Below, in pieces: positions 7,635 to 16,735 of a stretch of 64,000 bases of DNA; the first letter of the stretch is position 1, and each line of letters starts with the position of its first letter. The stretch is from a virus. The notes beneath the pieces were generated by a model. That model did no database searches. It had not been told where the DNA came from and saw only the letters and a list, made by a program, of their open reading frames with translations. Location of the stretch: IMG/VR virus record IMGVR_UViG_3300009155_000040, positions 64,001 through 128,000 of that record; one strand, given 5' to 3'. The position numbers were made by a program, and so were the translations under genes.

Positions 7635-8897
7635 ATGAGAATTAATCAAATACTAACTGAATCTGAACAGCAACAATTAGAAAAATTATATGAAGGACCA
7701 AAGTTTAATAAGTTTGGTAAAGCTGTAGGCGACGTAGCCGGTATGGCTGCTAAAGGCGTTGGCGCAGTAGCTGGTGGTGTTGCTGGAGCATGGGACGCTG
7801 CTAAGAAAGGATTTAGCTCTGGAAAAGCCAGAGTAGCACAAGGTGGTGATTCACCAGATGCAGTTATAGATCCCCAAAAACGAACAAGAGCTAAAGCAGC
7901 GCCAGCAGGTGGAACAGCACCCGGAGGTGCAGTAGGCGGTGGCGCAGGTGATCCAGCAGGCTATAACACAGCAGACCCATCGACAGATCCAGCAGGCAAA
8001 AAGCCAGGATTCTTAGCAGGAATGAAGCAAGGGCTATCGGGTAAAAAAGGTAAACCAGCACCAAAAAGTGCTGCGGCTCCAGCAGGAGGATCTGCTGTAG
8101 GTGGAACAGCACCAGCAGATAATGCAGCCGCTTCGGCAGCACCAGCAGATAATGCAGCCGCTGTTAATGCTGCAGGTCCAAAAGGTACAGCTCCGGCTAA
8201 ACAACAAACAGGTAAAGCTGCGGCTGCTGTAAAAAAATCCGCTGATGCAACAGCAGGTGTAGGTGCAGAAAAAGCAGGACAAACATTATACGCTCAAGTT
8301 AAATCACAAGTAGGTCAACTTGACAAGAAAGGCAAGCAACGTATCATGCAGTTGCTACAAAAATCTTTACAACAACCTGCGCCAGCAGCAGCGCCTGCAG
8401 GTGCACCAGCTGCTCCCGCAGGCAAAAAGCCAGGTGCAGCACCAGCACCAGCACATGCTAACATTCCAGGCGCAAAAACAGCTCCAGCAGCAAATGCTGC
8501 TCCAACAGCACCTGCTGCAGAACCAGCAGCGCCAGCATCTCGAGTAAATGCTGCCAACGGCGGAGTACAAGTAGGTACTAAACAATCTGAACCAGGTGCA
8601 AATTTTGATACAGCAACAGGTAAAGCACTTCCTGGTAGAGCTCTTAATGGTGTTCGTAGAAAAGCAGAAGTTGGTGCCGGTGCATTAGGCAAAGCAAGAA
8701 AAGGTATGAATGCTAGAAAAGCACCATCACCAAGTCAAGCAGAATATGATGCAGATAGAGAAGCAAAGATGGGCGTAACATCAGACAGTATCATTAGATC
8801 ACACAATGGTCTTGCTGAAACATTAATGCAGGCCATTGCAGAAGAAAAACGCAGAATGGTTGCCGAAGGTAAAATCAGTATTTTTAGAACACGATAA
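7635..8897 (+). CDS. Ala/Pro/Gly-rich low-complexity protein, candidate internal head protein
   Basis: 420 aa; TAAATA at 7601-06 and AGGA upstream; N-terminus MRINQILTE resembles the T4 capsid-targeting leader. Confidence 0.65.
   Translation: MRINQILTESEQQQLEKLYEGPKFNKFGKAVGDVAGMAAKGVGAVAGGVAGAWDAAKKGFSSGKARVAQGGDSPDAVIDPQKRTRAKAAPAGGTAPGGAVGGGAGDPAGYNTADPSTDPAGKKPGFLAGMKQGLSGKKGKPAPKSAAAPAGGSAVGGTAPADNAAASAAPADNAAAVNAAGPKGTAPAKQQTGKAAAAVKKSADATAGVGAEKAGQTLYAQVKSQVGQLDKKGKQRIMQLLQKSLQQPAPAAAPAGAPAAPAGKKPGAAPAPAHANIPGAKTAPAANAAPTAPAAEPAAPASRVNAANGGVQVGTKQSEPGANFDTATGKALPGRALNGVRRKAEVGAGALGKARKGMNARKAPSPSQAEYDADREAKMGVTSDSIIRSHNGLAETLMQAIAEEKRRMVAEGKISIFRTR
8107..8162 (+). repeat. Exact 26-bp direct repeat, period 30, encoding APADNAAA twice
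   Basis: cagcaccagcagataatgcagccgct at 8107-8132 and 8137-8162. Confidence 0.9.
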
Positions 8898-9322
8898 TGA
8901 AAATTCACGAAATAATTGTTGAAGGCCCTGGATCTGAAATTGGCGACATTGCCCAACTTAATGTGAACAACCTTAACAAAGGTATCGATGCAGGTAGGGA
9001 TGTATTTTCACCTTCAAAATGGTTTAAATCTAAAGATGTCGATGTAGATACTACTGAACCCGGTACTACACAAAAAGCAGCACCTAAAGAAGAGCCAAAG
9101 AAAAAACCACAAGCAGTAGAAACACAGCGAATTAGATTTGCCTTACAGAAAGCAGCCAAAGGCGATCAGCTTTACAATGACGATGTTGGTTACTTGAAAG
9201 CTGCTTATGGAAAAGTTGATAAAGGAACGCCTGAGGCTGATGCATTATTGGCCGCAATCAAAATACAACCACTAGACAAGCAACAACAGGCTGTGTTGCT
9301 TAATCTTAGCAAACAATATTAA
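8897..9322 (+). CDS. Hypothetical protein, candidate internal head protein
   Basis: 141 aa; start overlaps the upstream stop (TAATG); N-terminus MKIHEIIVE. Confidence 0.65.
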   Translation: MKIHEIIVEGPGSEIGDIAQLNVNNLNKGIDAGRDVFSPSKWFKSKDVDVDTTEPGTTQKAAPKEEPKKKPQAVETQRIRFALQKAAKGDQLYNDDVGYLKAAYGKVDKGTPEADALLAAIKIQPLDKQQQAVLLNLSKQY

Positions 9323-9528
9323 AAGAACGGTAGGTTAGTTTTTTTAGTAGTCTCTAGATTTTCTTTAATAATCTCAGAAACAATACTTCTTTCTTCTGCG
9401 CTCAATGACATGCCTTCTGCAAAAGACAGACCTCGCATGTACCAACACATTTTAAGTATGTCTTTCTTTATTGCCCTAGCTTCGTTGTCCATTTGTTCGG
9501 ACCAAGCTAAGATCTCAGGATAGGGCAT
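9319..9528 (-). CDS. Small tail/baseplate assembly protein (gp51-like / GT-type C-terminal segment)
   Basis: 69 aa with WYMRGLSFAEGMSLS.EER motif; no SD; lies in the -1 frame relative to the upstream ORF. Confidence 0.6.
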   Translation of the reverse strand: MPYPEILAWSEQMDNEARAIKKDILKMCWYMRGLSFAEGMSLSAEERSIVSEIIKENLETTKKTNLPFF

Positions 9529-9552
9529 GTCTAAGATCTTGCGGCGAAAAAA
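9507..9552 (-). other. Putative -1 programmed ribosomal frameshift signal
   Basis: Slippery U UUU UUC (9552-9546) in frame, 5-nt spacer GCCGC, 10-bp stem AAGAUCUUAG/CUGAGAUCUU; the -1 frame is open into ORF 9319..9528. Confidence 0.65.
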
Positions 9553-10397
9553 TCCGATTGATCCATTTGCACTGGCAAATCAAATGGTTTTTCACATTCT
9601 TGACAAGCTACATTTAGTGCTTTAATCTCAAGGCTTTCTTTGATTCCACCAACGTGTGATGAAATTTTATCAAACACATCTTTAGAGCAGTTGTTGATAA
9701 ACTCTAAAATTTGACCTCTATCAGAAGTTTCTCCATTTGGTGTAGAAATTTTTGCTATGCAATCTGCAATAACATCTACGGTTAATTGTGTAATTTTTAC
9801 AAAACTTTTACCAAACATGTCAATTTTTTGTTCGTCAGTTAATTCATCACTGTTGATAACATTAAAAATTTTCTGTTGTTCTAAAGATTTAATAGCAGTC
9901 TTGCTAACCTGTAAATAGGTATACGGACGTACATAGATAGTCAACGGATCAATATCAATTTCCTCAGCATATTCAAACGCTGTAAATTTTTGAAACCATA
10001 AGTTGAGATCAACATCATAGGAGTTGTCGGCCTCACAGTGAGGACATTTTGCGCCAACTTCCATTTTATCACCATAGGTAGCGATGCGGATAGCAATTAA
10101 TGCAAAGTCTAGATCAATCGATGGCATTTGCCAAGGATCTAATATTGCCGGAATACAGCTTTTGATAATTTCAACAGTTGATTGCCCCGACAGCAATGCA
10201 TCGGGAGTTTTAAACATCAGTTCGTCTTTGGCAGTCATAGCATAAACAGGATACTCTCCGTTAGAACTAACGTCTAACGCTCCCTGAGGATAGAACTTGC
10301 CTTTAGACGGTAATTTCACATAAATTTTAGGTTGTCTGAACCAATTTGCCAAAGGATTTTTATTTTGGTTTGTTGGCGTATTTGTAATATCACTCAT
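9531..10397 (-). CDS. T4 gp26-like baseplate hub assembly / tail assembly chaperone
   Basis: FRQPKIYVKLPSKGKFYP, YAMTAKDEL, ID.DFALIAIRIATYG, two CxxC pairs (CPHC, CQEC), terminal DFF; adjacent to the tape measure gene. Confidence 0.7.
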   Translation of the reverse strand: MSDITNTPTNQNKNPLANWFRQPKIYVKLPSKGKFYPQGALDVSSNGEYPVYAMTAKDELMFKTPDALLSGQSTVEIIKSCIPAILDPWQMPSIDLDFALIAIRIATYGDKMEVGAKCPHCEADNSYDVDLNLWFQKFTAFEYAEEIDIDPLTIYVRPYTYLQVSKTAIKSLEQQKIFNVINSDELTDEQKIDMFGKSFVKITQLTVDVIADCIAKISTPNGETSDRGQILEFINNCSKDVFDKISSHVGGIKESLEIKALNVACQECEKPFDLPVQMDQSDFFAARS

Positions 10398-10408
10398 TTT
10401 TTCTCCAA

Positions 10409-10436
10409 TAAATACTATTAGTGAAAAGTATTTATA
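10409..10436. promoter_or_regulatory. Face-to-face late promoters for the TMP (+) and the gp26-like gene (-)
   Basis: TAAATA on + at 10409-14; TATAAATA on - at 10429-36. Confidence 0.65.
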
Positions 10437-10465
10437 TGCGCATTTTACCAGGTAAAAATTAATCT

Positions 10466-13186
10466 ATGGCTAATCCAGTAACAATTGATATTCCGGGCAT
10501 CGGATCTGTAGTTGCTAACAATGCAGCAACTGAAGCCACGCTGAAAGAAATCCTTAAAGCTATCCAAGGCGGAGAAGGTGGCGGCTACAAGAAAGGTGGC
10601 AAACCTGGCGATGCTAAAAACAAAGAATATGCTGGAGGAGGTGGCGGTGGTTCTGGAGGAGGTGGCGGTTCTGGTGGTGGCGGTAAAGGAGCAGCTTCAT
10701 CGGCCATGAGCCTGTTTGGCCTCGGTAAAGCTGTTGGAACACTGGGCCGATATGTGGGTATAGCTACAGGGGCGTTTATTGGAGTAGGCGAAGCAGCTAC
10801 AGAAGTTGTTCAGCAGTTTGCTAATGTGGGTGACAGTATGGAAAATGCTGCCGCAGTATTTAAAAGTATCCCACTACTAGGCACAGTATTTGGAGCAGTA
10901 GCAAATGCTGCTGAAAAAACTCTAGCATCGTATCAATCAGCAACTGCCAGCGGTGCTACATTTGGTAATAGTATGGGTAACTTTGCGGCAGCGGCCAGCT
11001 CTGCTGGCATGACCATGGATAAATTTGCTGCTATCATTGGTAAAAATGGTGCAGCAATGCAAATCCTAGGAGGTAATACTGAAGAAGGTGCAAGACGATT
11101 TGCCAGCATCAGTAAAGATCTAAGAACAAGTCAGGTAGGTGCCCAACTAGCAGGATTAGGTTATAGCTCTGAACAAATTAATCAAGGAATGGCTTCTTAT
11201 GCTAACATTATCGGAAGAAGCGGAGCCCTTCAAGGTAAATCAAATAAAGAAATAGCGGCAGGTGCAGGTGCATACATGAAAGAACTTGATGCGCTGGCAA
11301 AAGTCACTGGTAGAAGCAGGCAAGAATTAGAAAATGAAGCCGATGAAAGAGCCAAGGATGCACAGTGGATAGCTATGACTCGAGGCATGGACAAAGATCA
11401 ACGATTAATGATGGAATCTTTTGTTTCAAGTTATCCCAAAGAACAACAAGCTGCTATTAAAGATATGTTGACCACTGGTAGTATTACCAGTGATGCTGCT
11501 ATTAAATTTAATGCTATGATGGGAGGAACTGCCCAAGAAGTTATGCAAATGGGTCAGGCGATTCGATCTGGTCGAAAAATGACCCAAGCAGAAATTGACA
11601 AAACTAAAAACAATTCAATATCCGAAGCTGTACAAAAAGCCAATTCTGCAGAATTTAAAACAATGGGCGGATTTGTTGGCGAGTTTGCAAACGAAGTAAA
11701 TGGTATAAATCAATTAGCTAACCAAGAAACAAACGGTCGTAAGAAAGCAATGACCGCACAAGAACAAGCAGAAGCTAATGCTGCGGCTGGCTTAAAAGCT
11801 TTCAAAGAAAATTTAGCTGAACTATCAAACGGTTTTCAAATAGCATTGGTTAACAGCGGAGTGCTTAACTCTCTAATGAGCCTGTTTACTACATTTGCTG
11901 ATATAGTTCAGAGATTTATAATTCCTATTTTTAATATTATGGCGGCCATAATTCCAAAAGTAGTCTATGGTTTTGAATTATTACTAGCACCAGTAGTAGA
12001 AGCTATAAGCGGACTTTTTGGAGATACATCAAACACACTTCAAATGTTAGACGACATCATGAATGCTGTATTTCCAATACTAGATGCAACTGTTCGCTCA
12101 CTAATATTAGTGTTTGAAGGCGCATGGGATGCAGTGGTGTCTTTGTTTGAACCGATTAATAATCTAATGGATGAGATTTTTGGTGCAGGCAACGGCATGA
12201 GCGGTCTTACTGATATTATAATTGATACCGGAAACTTTATTGGCGGTGTATTTAGGATGGTCGGAGGCATTGTCGGAGGTCTAATTGACGGGTTTACATG
12301 GCTTATTCGTACAGTTAAAAGTGTTATTGGTTCTTCGGAAGTTTTAACAAGCTATTTTGACGGGCTTGCGAAAGGAATAAAAGCTATATGGACATGGATC
12401 CATGAGTTATTGAGCGTTGACGGGGGCAAGGCAGTTGTTATGTGGCTTGGAAACGCGGTATTAAAAATAATGTATTACCTTCAAGATATATTTGGATCAA
12501 TGATCGACGGTGTGCTGGCTGTAATTCCAAATGCTCTCGGAGGCATTAGCGCAGAAGAAAAGAAAAAACGTGATGAAGATAGGGCCGAACGTGCTAAGAC
12601 TCGTGATGAAGAAACTAAAGCAAGAGATGCTGAAGTTGCAAGATTACACGAATCGTCAAAAAAAGAAGTAGCAGCCAACGATAAAAAAGCAGAACATCAT
12701 AAACAGGCTTTGAAACAAGACGTTGCTAATTTCAACAAGAAAGAGTCACATCTCAGTAAAATGGGAGGACTTCAAAAGAAAGAGGAAGATCTCAAAGAAG
12801 AGTCGATAGTTAAAAATTACGACGACCCGATCGAATTATTAAAAGCACAAGCCACACAACAAAAAAGCGGGCTAATTCAAAATCCTGCAGGAAATCCTGT
12901 TGCAAATGCAGAAGGCGGCAGAAGAGCTGTAGAACAGGCAGCTGAAGCTAAAGTTCAAGCAGAAAAAGCAGCAGCAGAAAAAGCCTCAGGCAAAGGTGGC
13001 GGCACTATTCCAGGGTCAACAGCCCCAGCAGGACCTGCTCAAGAATCACCGTCAGTATTACTGGCTAGCTTAAATACTAAGATGGATCAGTTAATTAAAA
13101 TCAGTAAAGACCACCATGACATTGGTGCTGTTCAAGTAAGAACACTCGGACAACTAAGCGGCGACCTATATGCCGGAGTTGGTTAA
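10466..13186 (+). CDS. Tail tape measure protein (gp29-like)
   Basis: 906 aa, helical, Ala/Gly-rich with an amphipathic hydrophobic middle; N-terminal NAATEATLKEIL and a poly-Gly linker; next to the chaperone pair. Confidence 0.75.
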   Translation: MANPVTIDIPGIGSVVANNAATEATLKEILKAIQGGEGGGYKKGGKPGDAKNKEYAGGGGGGSGGGGGSGGGGKGAASSAMSLFGLGKAVGTLGRYVGIATGAFIGVGEAATEVVQQFANVGDSMENAAAVFKSIPLLGTVFGAVANAAEKTLASYQSATASGATFGNSMGNFAAAASSAGMTMDKFAAIIGKNGAAMQILGGNTEEGARRFASISKDLRTSQVGAQLAGLGYSSEQINQGMASYANIIGRSGALQGKSNKEIAAGAGAYMKELDALAKVTGRSRQELENEADERAKDAQWIAMTRGMDKDQRLMMESFVSSYPKEQQAAIKDMLTTGSITSDAAIKFNAMMGGTAQEVMQMGQAIRSGRKMTQAEIDKTKNNSISEAVQKANSAEFKTMGGFVGEFANEVNGINQLANQETNGRKKAMTAQEQAEANAAAGLKAFKENLAELSNGFQIALVNSGVLNSLMSLFTTFADIVQRFIIPIFNIMAAIIPKVVYGFELLLAPVVEAISGLFGDTSNTLQMLDDIMNAVFPILDATVRSLILVFEGAWDAVVSLFEPINNLMDEIFGAGNGMSGLTDIIIDTGNFIGGVFRMVGGIVGGLIDGFTWLIRTVKSVIGSSEVLTSYFDGLAKGIKAIWTWIHELLSVDGGKAVVMWLGNAVLKIMYYLQDIFGSMIDGVLAVIPNALGGISAEEKKKRDEDRAERAKTRDEETKARDAEVARLHESSKKEVAANDKKAEHHKQALKQDVANFNKKESHLSKMGGLQKKEEDLKEESIVKNYDDPIELLKAQATQQKSGLIQNPAGNPVANAEGGRRAVEQAAEAKVQAEKAAAEKASGKGGGTIPGSTAPAGPAQESPSVLLASLNTKMDQLIKISKDHHDIGAVQVRTLGQLSGDLYAGVG

Positions 13187-13211
13187 TGCTGTTATTGGAT
13201 AATACAAAATT

Positions 13212-14915
13212 ATGAGTTGGAAAAAATATTTCACACCAGTTGACATTAGTAACCAATCAGGAACGTTTAGTCCTATGGGAGGACGTGGTCGTCCAGGTCC
13301 AGCCAAAGCAAACTATTCAAGCTACTTGCCAGATGTTTATGCAGGTGCACCAAATCGTATTGATCGTTATCAACAGTACGACACTATGGATACAGACAGC
13401 GAAGTTAATGCTGCTTTAGATATCCTTACAGAATTTTGCACACAAAAAGACAAAGAAAACGCAACACCATTTCAAACTTCCTTTAGAGGAACTCCGACAG
13501 CAACTGAAGTTAAGATTCTAAAAGACGCATTACAAAAATGGTGTAAACAACAACAGTTTGAAACACGTATTTTTCGTATTGTTCGTAACACATTCAAATA
13601 CGGTGATTGTTTTTTTATTCGTGATCCAGAAACTAAAAAATGGTTATACGTTGATGCTATCAAAGTTACAAAAATTATTGTTAATGAAAGTGAAGGTAAA
13701 ATTCCTGAGCAGTATGTAATTAAAGATATTAATTTTAATTTTACAAACTTAATAGCAACAACACCACACGGTACATCAAACACAGCACCTAGCGGAACAG
13801 CAAGTTATACTACAGGTGGTGGCTTTGGTCGTGGAGTGGTTGGAGCAACAGCCAACACGCCCGGTTCTAGATTCGGCAATCAAATTAATGAAATCACAGT
13901 AGATGCTAAACACGTAGTGCATATCAGTCTGAGCGAAGGTCTAGATAATAACTATCCTTTTGGTAACAGTCTATTAGAATCGGTGTTCAAAGTCTACAAG
14001 CAGAAAGAATTGCTCGAAGATGCTATCATTATCTATCGTATACAACGTGCTCCAGAAAGACGTATTTTCTACGTAGACGTTGGAAATATGCCGGCGCACA
14101 TGGCTATGAGCTTTGTTGAACGTGTTAAAAACGAAATCCAACAAAGACGTATTCCTAGCTCAACAGGTGGCGGAGCAAACGTCATAGACGCTAGTTATAA
14201 TCCTCTAAGTGTAAACGAAGATTACTTCTTTCCACAGACAGCAGAAGGTCGTGGATCAAAAGTTGAAACACTACCAGGCGGTACAAACTTAGGTGAAATT
14301 ACAGATTTACGTTATTTCACAAACAAACTATTCCGTGCCTTGCGTATTCCAAGTAGTTATTTGCCAACATCAATTGATGAACAGCCCAATACAGTTGCTG
14401 ACGGCAAAGTAGGTACAGCATACATTCAAGAATTACGTTTTAACGAATACTGCAAACGACTACAATCTATGGTTGTAGAAACATTTGATTTAGAATTTAA
14501 ACTGTGGCTTAATGATCAAGGTATCAATATTGACTCAAGTCTTTTTGAACTTAAATTTAATCAGCCACAAAACTTTGCTGCTTACCGTCAATCCGAACTT
14601 GATACAGCTCGTGCAGCAACCTATGGTACAATTTCTCAAATTCCACATCTCAGCAAGAGATTCGCATTAAAACGTTTCTTAGGATTATCAGAAGACGAGA
14701 TCAAAGAAAACGAAAAATTGTGGAGAGAAGAAAACGGTGCGCAATTGCAACCGCCAGCAGATGCAGGTGCAGAACTACGTTCCGCAGGCATTTCACCGGG
14801 TGGTATGTCCGCAGACATGTCAGGACAAGCAGCAGAAGCTCCGGAAGATATGGCAGCTGAAGCAGATCCAGCAGCGGCTGGCGGTGAAGAAGCCGCAGCA
14901 GCACCAGCCCAATAA
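13212..14915 (+). CDS. gp20: Portal protein (T4 gp20-like)
   Basis: KQKELLEDAIIIYRIQRAPERRIFYVDVGNMP, EDYFFP...GRGSKVETLPGG.NLGEI.D..YF..KL.RAL.IPSS, E..F...C.RLQ. Confidence 0.95.
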   Translation: MSWKKYFTPVDISNQSGTFSPMGGRGRPGPAKANYSSYLPDVYAGAPNRIDRYQQYDTMDTDSEVNAALDILTEFCTQKDKENATPFQTSFRGTPTATEVKILKDALQKWCKQQQFETRIFRIVRNTFKYGDCFFIRDPETKKWLYVDAIKVTKIIVNESEGKIPEQYVIKDINFNFTNLIATTPHGTSNTAPSGTASYTTGGGFGRGVVGATANTPGSRFGNQINEITVDAKHVVHISLSEGLDNNYPFGNSLLESVFKVYKQKELLEDAIIIYRIQRAPERRIFYVDVGNMPAHMAMSFVERVKNEIQQRRIPSSTGGGANVIDASYNPLSVNEDYFFPQTAEGRGSKVETLPGGTNLGEITDLRYFTNKLFRALRIPSSYLPTSIDEQPNTVADGKVGTAYIQELRFNEYCKRLQSMVVETFDLEFKLWLNDQGINIDSSLFELKFNQPQNFAAYRQSELDTARAATYGTISQIPHLSKRFALKRFLGLSEDEIKENEKLWREENGAQLQPPADAGAELRSAGISPGGMSADMSGQAAEAPEDMAAEADPAAAGGEEAAAAPAQ

Positions 14916-14925
14916 CCTAGCCCAG

Positions 14926-14933
14926 TATAAATA
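14926..14933 (+). promoter_or_regulatory. Late promoter TATAAATA, 5 nt before the ATG
   Basis: Exact T4 late consensus followed by CAAGT-ATG (14939). Confidence 0.75.
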
Positions 14934-14938
14934 CAAGT

Positions 14939-15184
14939 ATGCTTCTTAACGAATTTTTTTATTTTAATGACAGTTCTAACGGTATGTCTACCGATCGTAG
15001 ATACGACAGTAGTAAAGATAGTTCTGTGGTTAAAAAAAGTGACACACGAAAGATTCGTCTAACGCTACGTCAAATTAATAAACTACGATTACAATCTGAA
15101 GCGCACGAAGCAGAAGAAAAATCAGAACTGGGCTTTATTCAACAAATGTATGCAACCCCAGTTGAAGCAGAACCCGCCCAATAA
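14939..15184 (+). CDS. Small head-module protein (between portal and scaffold)
   Basis: 81 aa; D.RK.RLTLRQINKLR motif; position resembles the T4 gp67/gp68 slot. Confidence 0.6.
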   Translation: MLLNEFFYFNDSSNGMSTDRRYDSSKDSSVVKKSDTRKIRLTLRQINKLRLQSEAHEAEEKSELGFIQQMYATPVEAEPAQ

Positions 15185-15797
15185 TATAGCCTTTGTCCTA
15201 GGAAACGGTCGCAGTAGATTACCTATTGCTTTAGAACCTCTCCGCAAATTAGGATCAACCTACGGCTGTAACGCACTGTACAGAGAATTTGCACCCGATG
15301 CTTTAATAGCAGTTGATGTTAAAATGGTCAACGAAATCATTTCAGCAGGGTACAATAAAGATCACGAAGTATGGTCCAATCCAAACAAAGGTATTATATC
15401 AAAAGATCACCTAAACTTGTTCAACCCCCACAAGGGTTGGAGCAGTGGACCTACAGCATTGTGGTTGGCCTGTAGTCGCGGACACAAGGATGTTTACATC
15501 TTAGGGTTTGACTATCAAGGTGTAGGCGGAAAACTTAATAATGTGTATGCAGACACATTTAACTACAAAAAAAGCAGCGATGTAGCAACGTTTTATGGCA
15601 ATTGGCTCAATCAAACTGAGCGAGTAGTACAGGAATTTAGGTCAACTAGGTTCCATAGAGTAATAGAAAAAGGAAATATAATTCCTGATAAACTGGGGGC
15701 TATGCCCAACGTTGGTCATATGTCTGTAGAAGAGTTCCAGGGTATATTTCCTGACACTATATATACGGAACAAATCAATCAAAAAAGTGTCATTTAA
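15150..15797 (+). CDS. DUF115/Maf-like putative glycosyltransferase (exact start uncertain)
   Basis: AFVLGNGRSR, YGCNALYR, D.LIAVD, SSG.TALWLA, VYILGFD motif order. Confidence 0.6.
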   Translation: MQPQLKQNPPNNIAFVLGNGRSRLPIALEPLRKLGSTYGCNALYREFAPDALIAVDVKMVNEIISAGYNKDHEVWSNPNKGIISKDHLNLFNPHKGWSSGPTALWLACSRGHKDVYILGFDYQGVGGKLNNVYADTFNYKKSSDVATFYGNWLNQTERVVQEFRSTRFHRVIEKGNIIPDKLGAMPNVGHMSVEEFQGIFPDTIYTEQINQKSVI

Positions 15798-15860
15798 CCC
15801 CATTTTTTAATCTACGTAGTAAATAAAACACAGCCTTAACAATCCAAAGGAGAATACAAC

Positions 15861-16727
15861 ATGGCAGATAAAACCCTATTGTCACAGATGCTAGAGCAAC
15901 TTGTGAACGACAACCAAGCTAAAGCCGAAGAGCTTTTCCACGAATACGTAGTTTCAGCTTCACGTGAAATTTATGAAAATTTAATCGAATCTGAAATTTC
16001 TGAAGAAGATGACGAAGAAAAGAAAGACGACGATCTTGAAGAAGCATCTGAAGAAGATGAAGAGAAAAAAGACGACGATCTTGAAGAAAACTTTGACGAA
16101 ATTGCCTACGAAGGCGATGACGAAATGGACTTAGACGACAGCGATCCAACAGATGATCTAGCTGGCGAAATTGATCCAGATGCAGAAATGGACGGCGAAG
16201 AAAAGTCTGAAGAAGAATTATTCCAAGACTTAGACGCTATTGTCGACGAACTACAAGCTAAGTTCGACGAACTAAAAGGTGGCGATCATGAAGAGCCAGA
16301 TATGGACAACATGGGTGGCCCAAGCGATCATGATGCTGACAATGAAGAATTTGACCTAGCTACAGTACGTGAGTACGTAGAAAAGGTTCCAGCTGGTCAC
16401 GGCGCAGAAAAGAAAGGTGCAGCAGAAAAAGCTGACGGTTCTGCAAAATCTCCAGTAGCAGGTAAGAATGATATGGGCGGTACAACTGCTAATATTTTAA
16501 GCGGTCGTAACGGCGCAGAAGCTGGCGGTGTTGGCGCAGGTGGAACAATTAAAGGTTCTGCACTAAGCGACACTAAAGCAAAAGAAGATAATGCTGGCAA
16601 CATCAATGTCCCAGGCGCTAAGAATGGTAATGCATTCTCTAAGAAAGAGCCAGGACATGGTGCTGAGAAAGCTGGTGCAAAAGAATCACCAGACAACAAG
16701 CAAAGCCTTTTCCGTGGTCGTAGATAA
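15861..16727 (+). CDS. Acidic prohead core/scaffold protein
   Basis: Very Asp/Glu-rich with L/I-x-E sites; duplicated SEED(D)EEKKDDDLEE and GHGAEK motifs; TAAATA at 15820-25 and SD AAGGAG; upstream of the protease. Confidence 0.65.
   Translation: MADKTLLSQMLEQLVNDNQAKAEELFHEYVVSASREIYENLIESEISEEDDEEKKDDDLEEASEEDEEKKDDDLEENFDEIAYEGDDEMDLDDSDPTDDLAGEIDPDAEMDGEEKSEEELFQDLDAIVDELQAKFDELKGGDHEEPDMDNMGGPSDHDADNEEFDLATVREYVEKVPAGHGAEKKGAAEKADGSAKSPVAGKNDMGGTTANILSGRNGAEAGGVGAGGTIKGSALSDTKAKEDNAGNINVPGAKNGNAFSKKEPGHGAEKAGAKESPDNKQSLFRGRR
15999..16088 (+). repeat. Imperfect tandem duplication (~45 bp) in the scaffold gene
   Basis: tctgaagaagatga...gacgacgatcttgaagaa at ~15999-16043 and ~16047-16088. 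Confidence 0.8.
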
Positions 16728-16735
16728 TAGGACTG

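Noticed and set aside
7891-8692. Cys-rich-looking minus-strand ORFs (8034..8282, 8367..8585) and other overlaps
   Set aside because: They are antisense shadows of GCA/CCA-rich Ala/Pro codons (TGC/TGG on the other strand), with no SD or promoter. The true Cys-rich genes at 40205-43425 differ in having conserved paralogous motifs and start signals.
10630-10690. GGTGGCGGT repeats in the tape measure gene
   Set aside because: This is an ordinary poly-Gly linker with no sign of phase variation.
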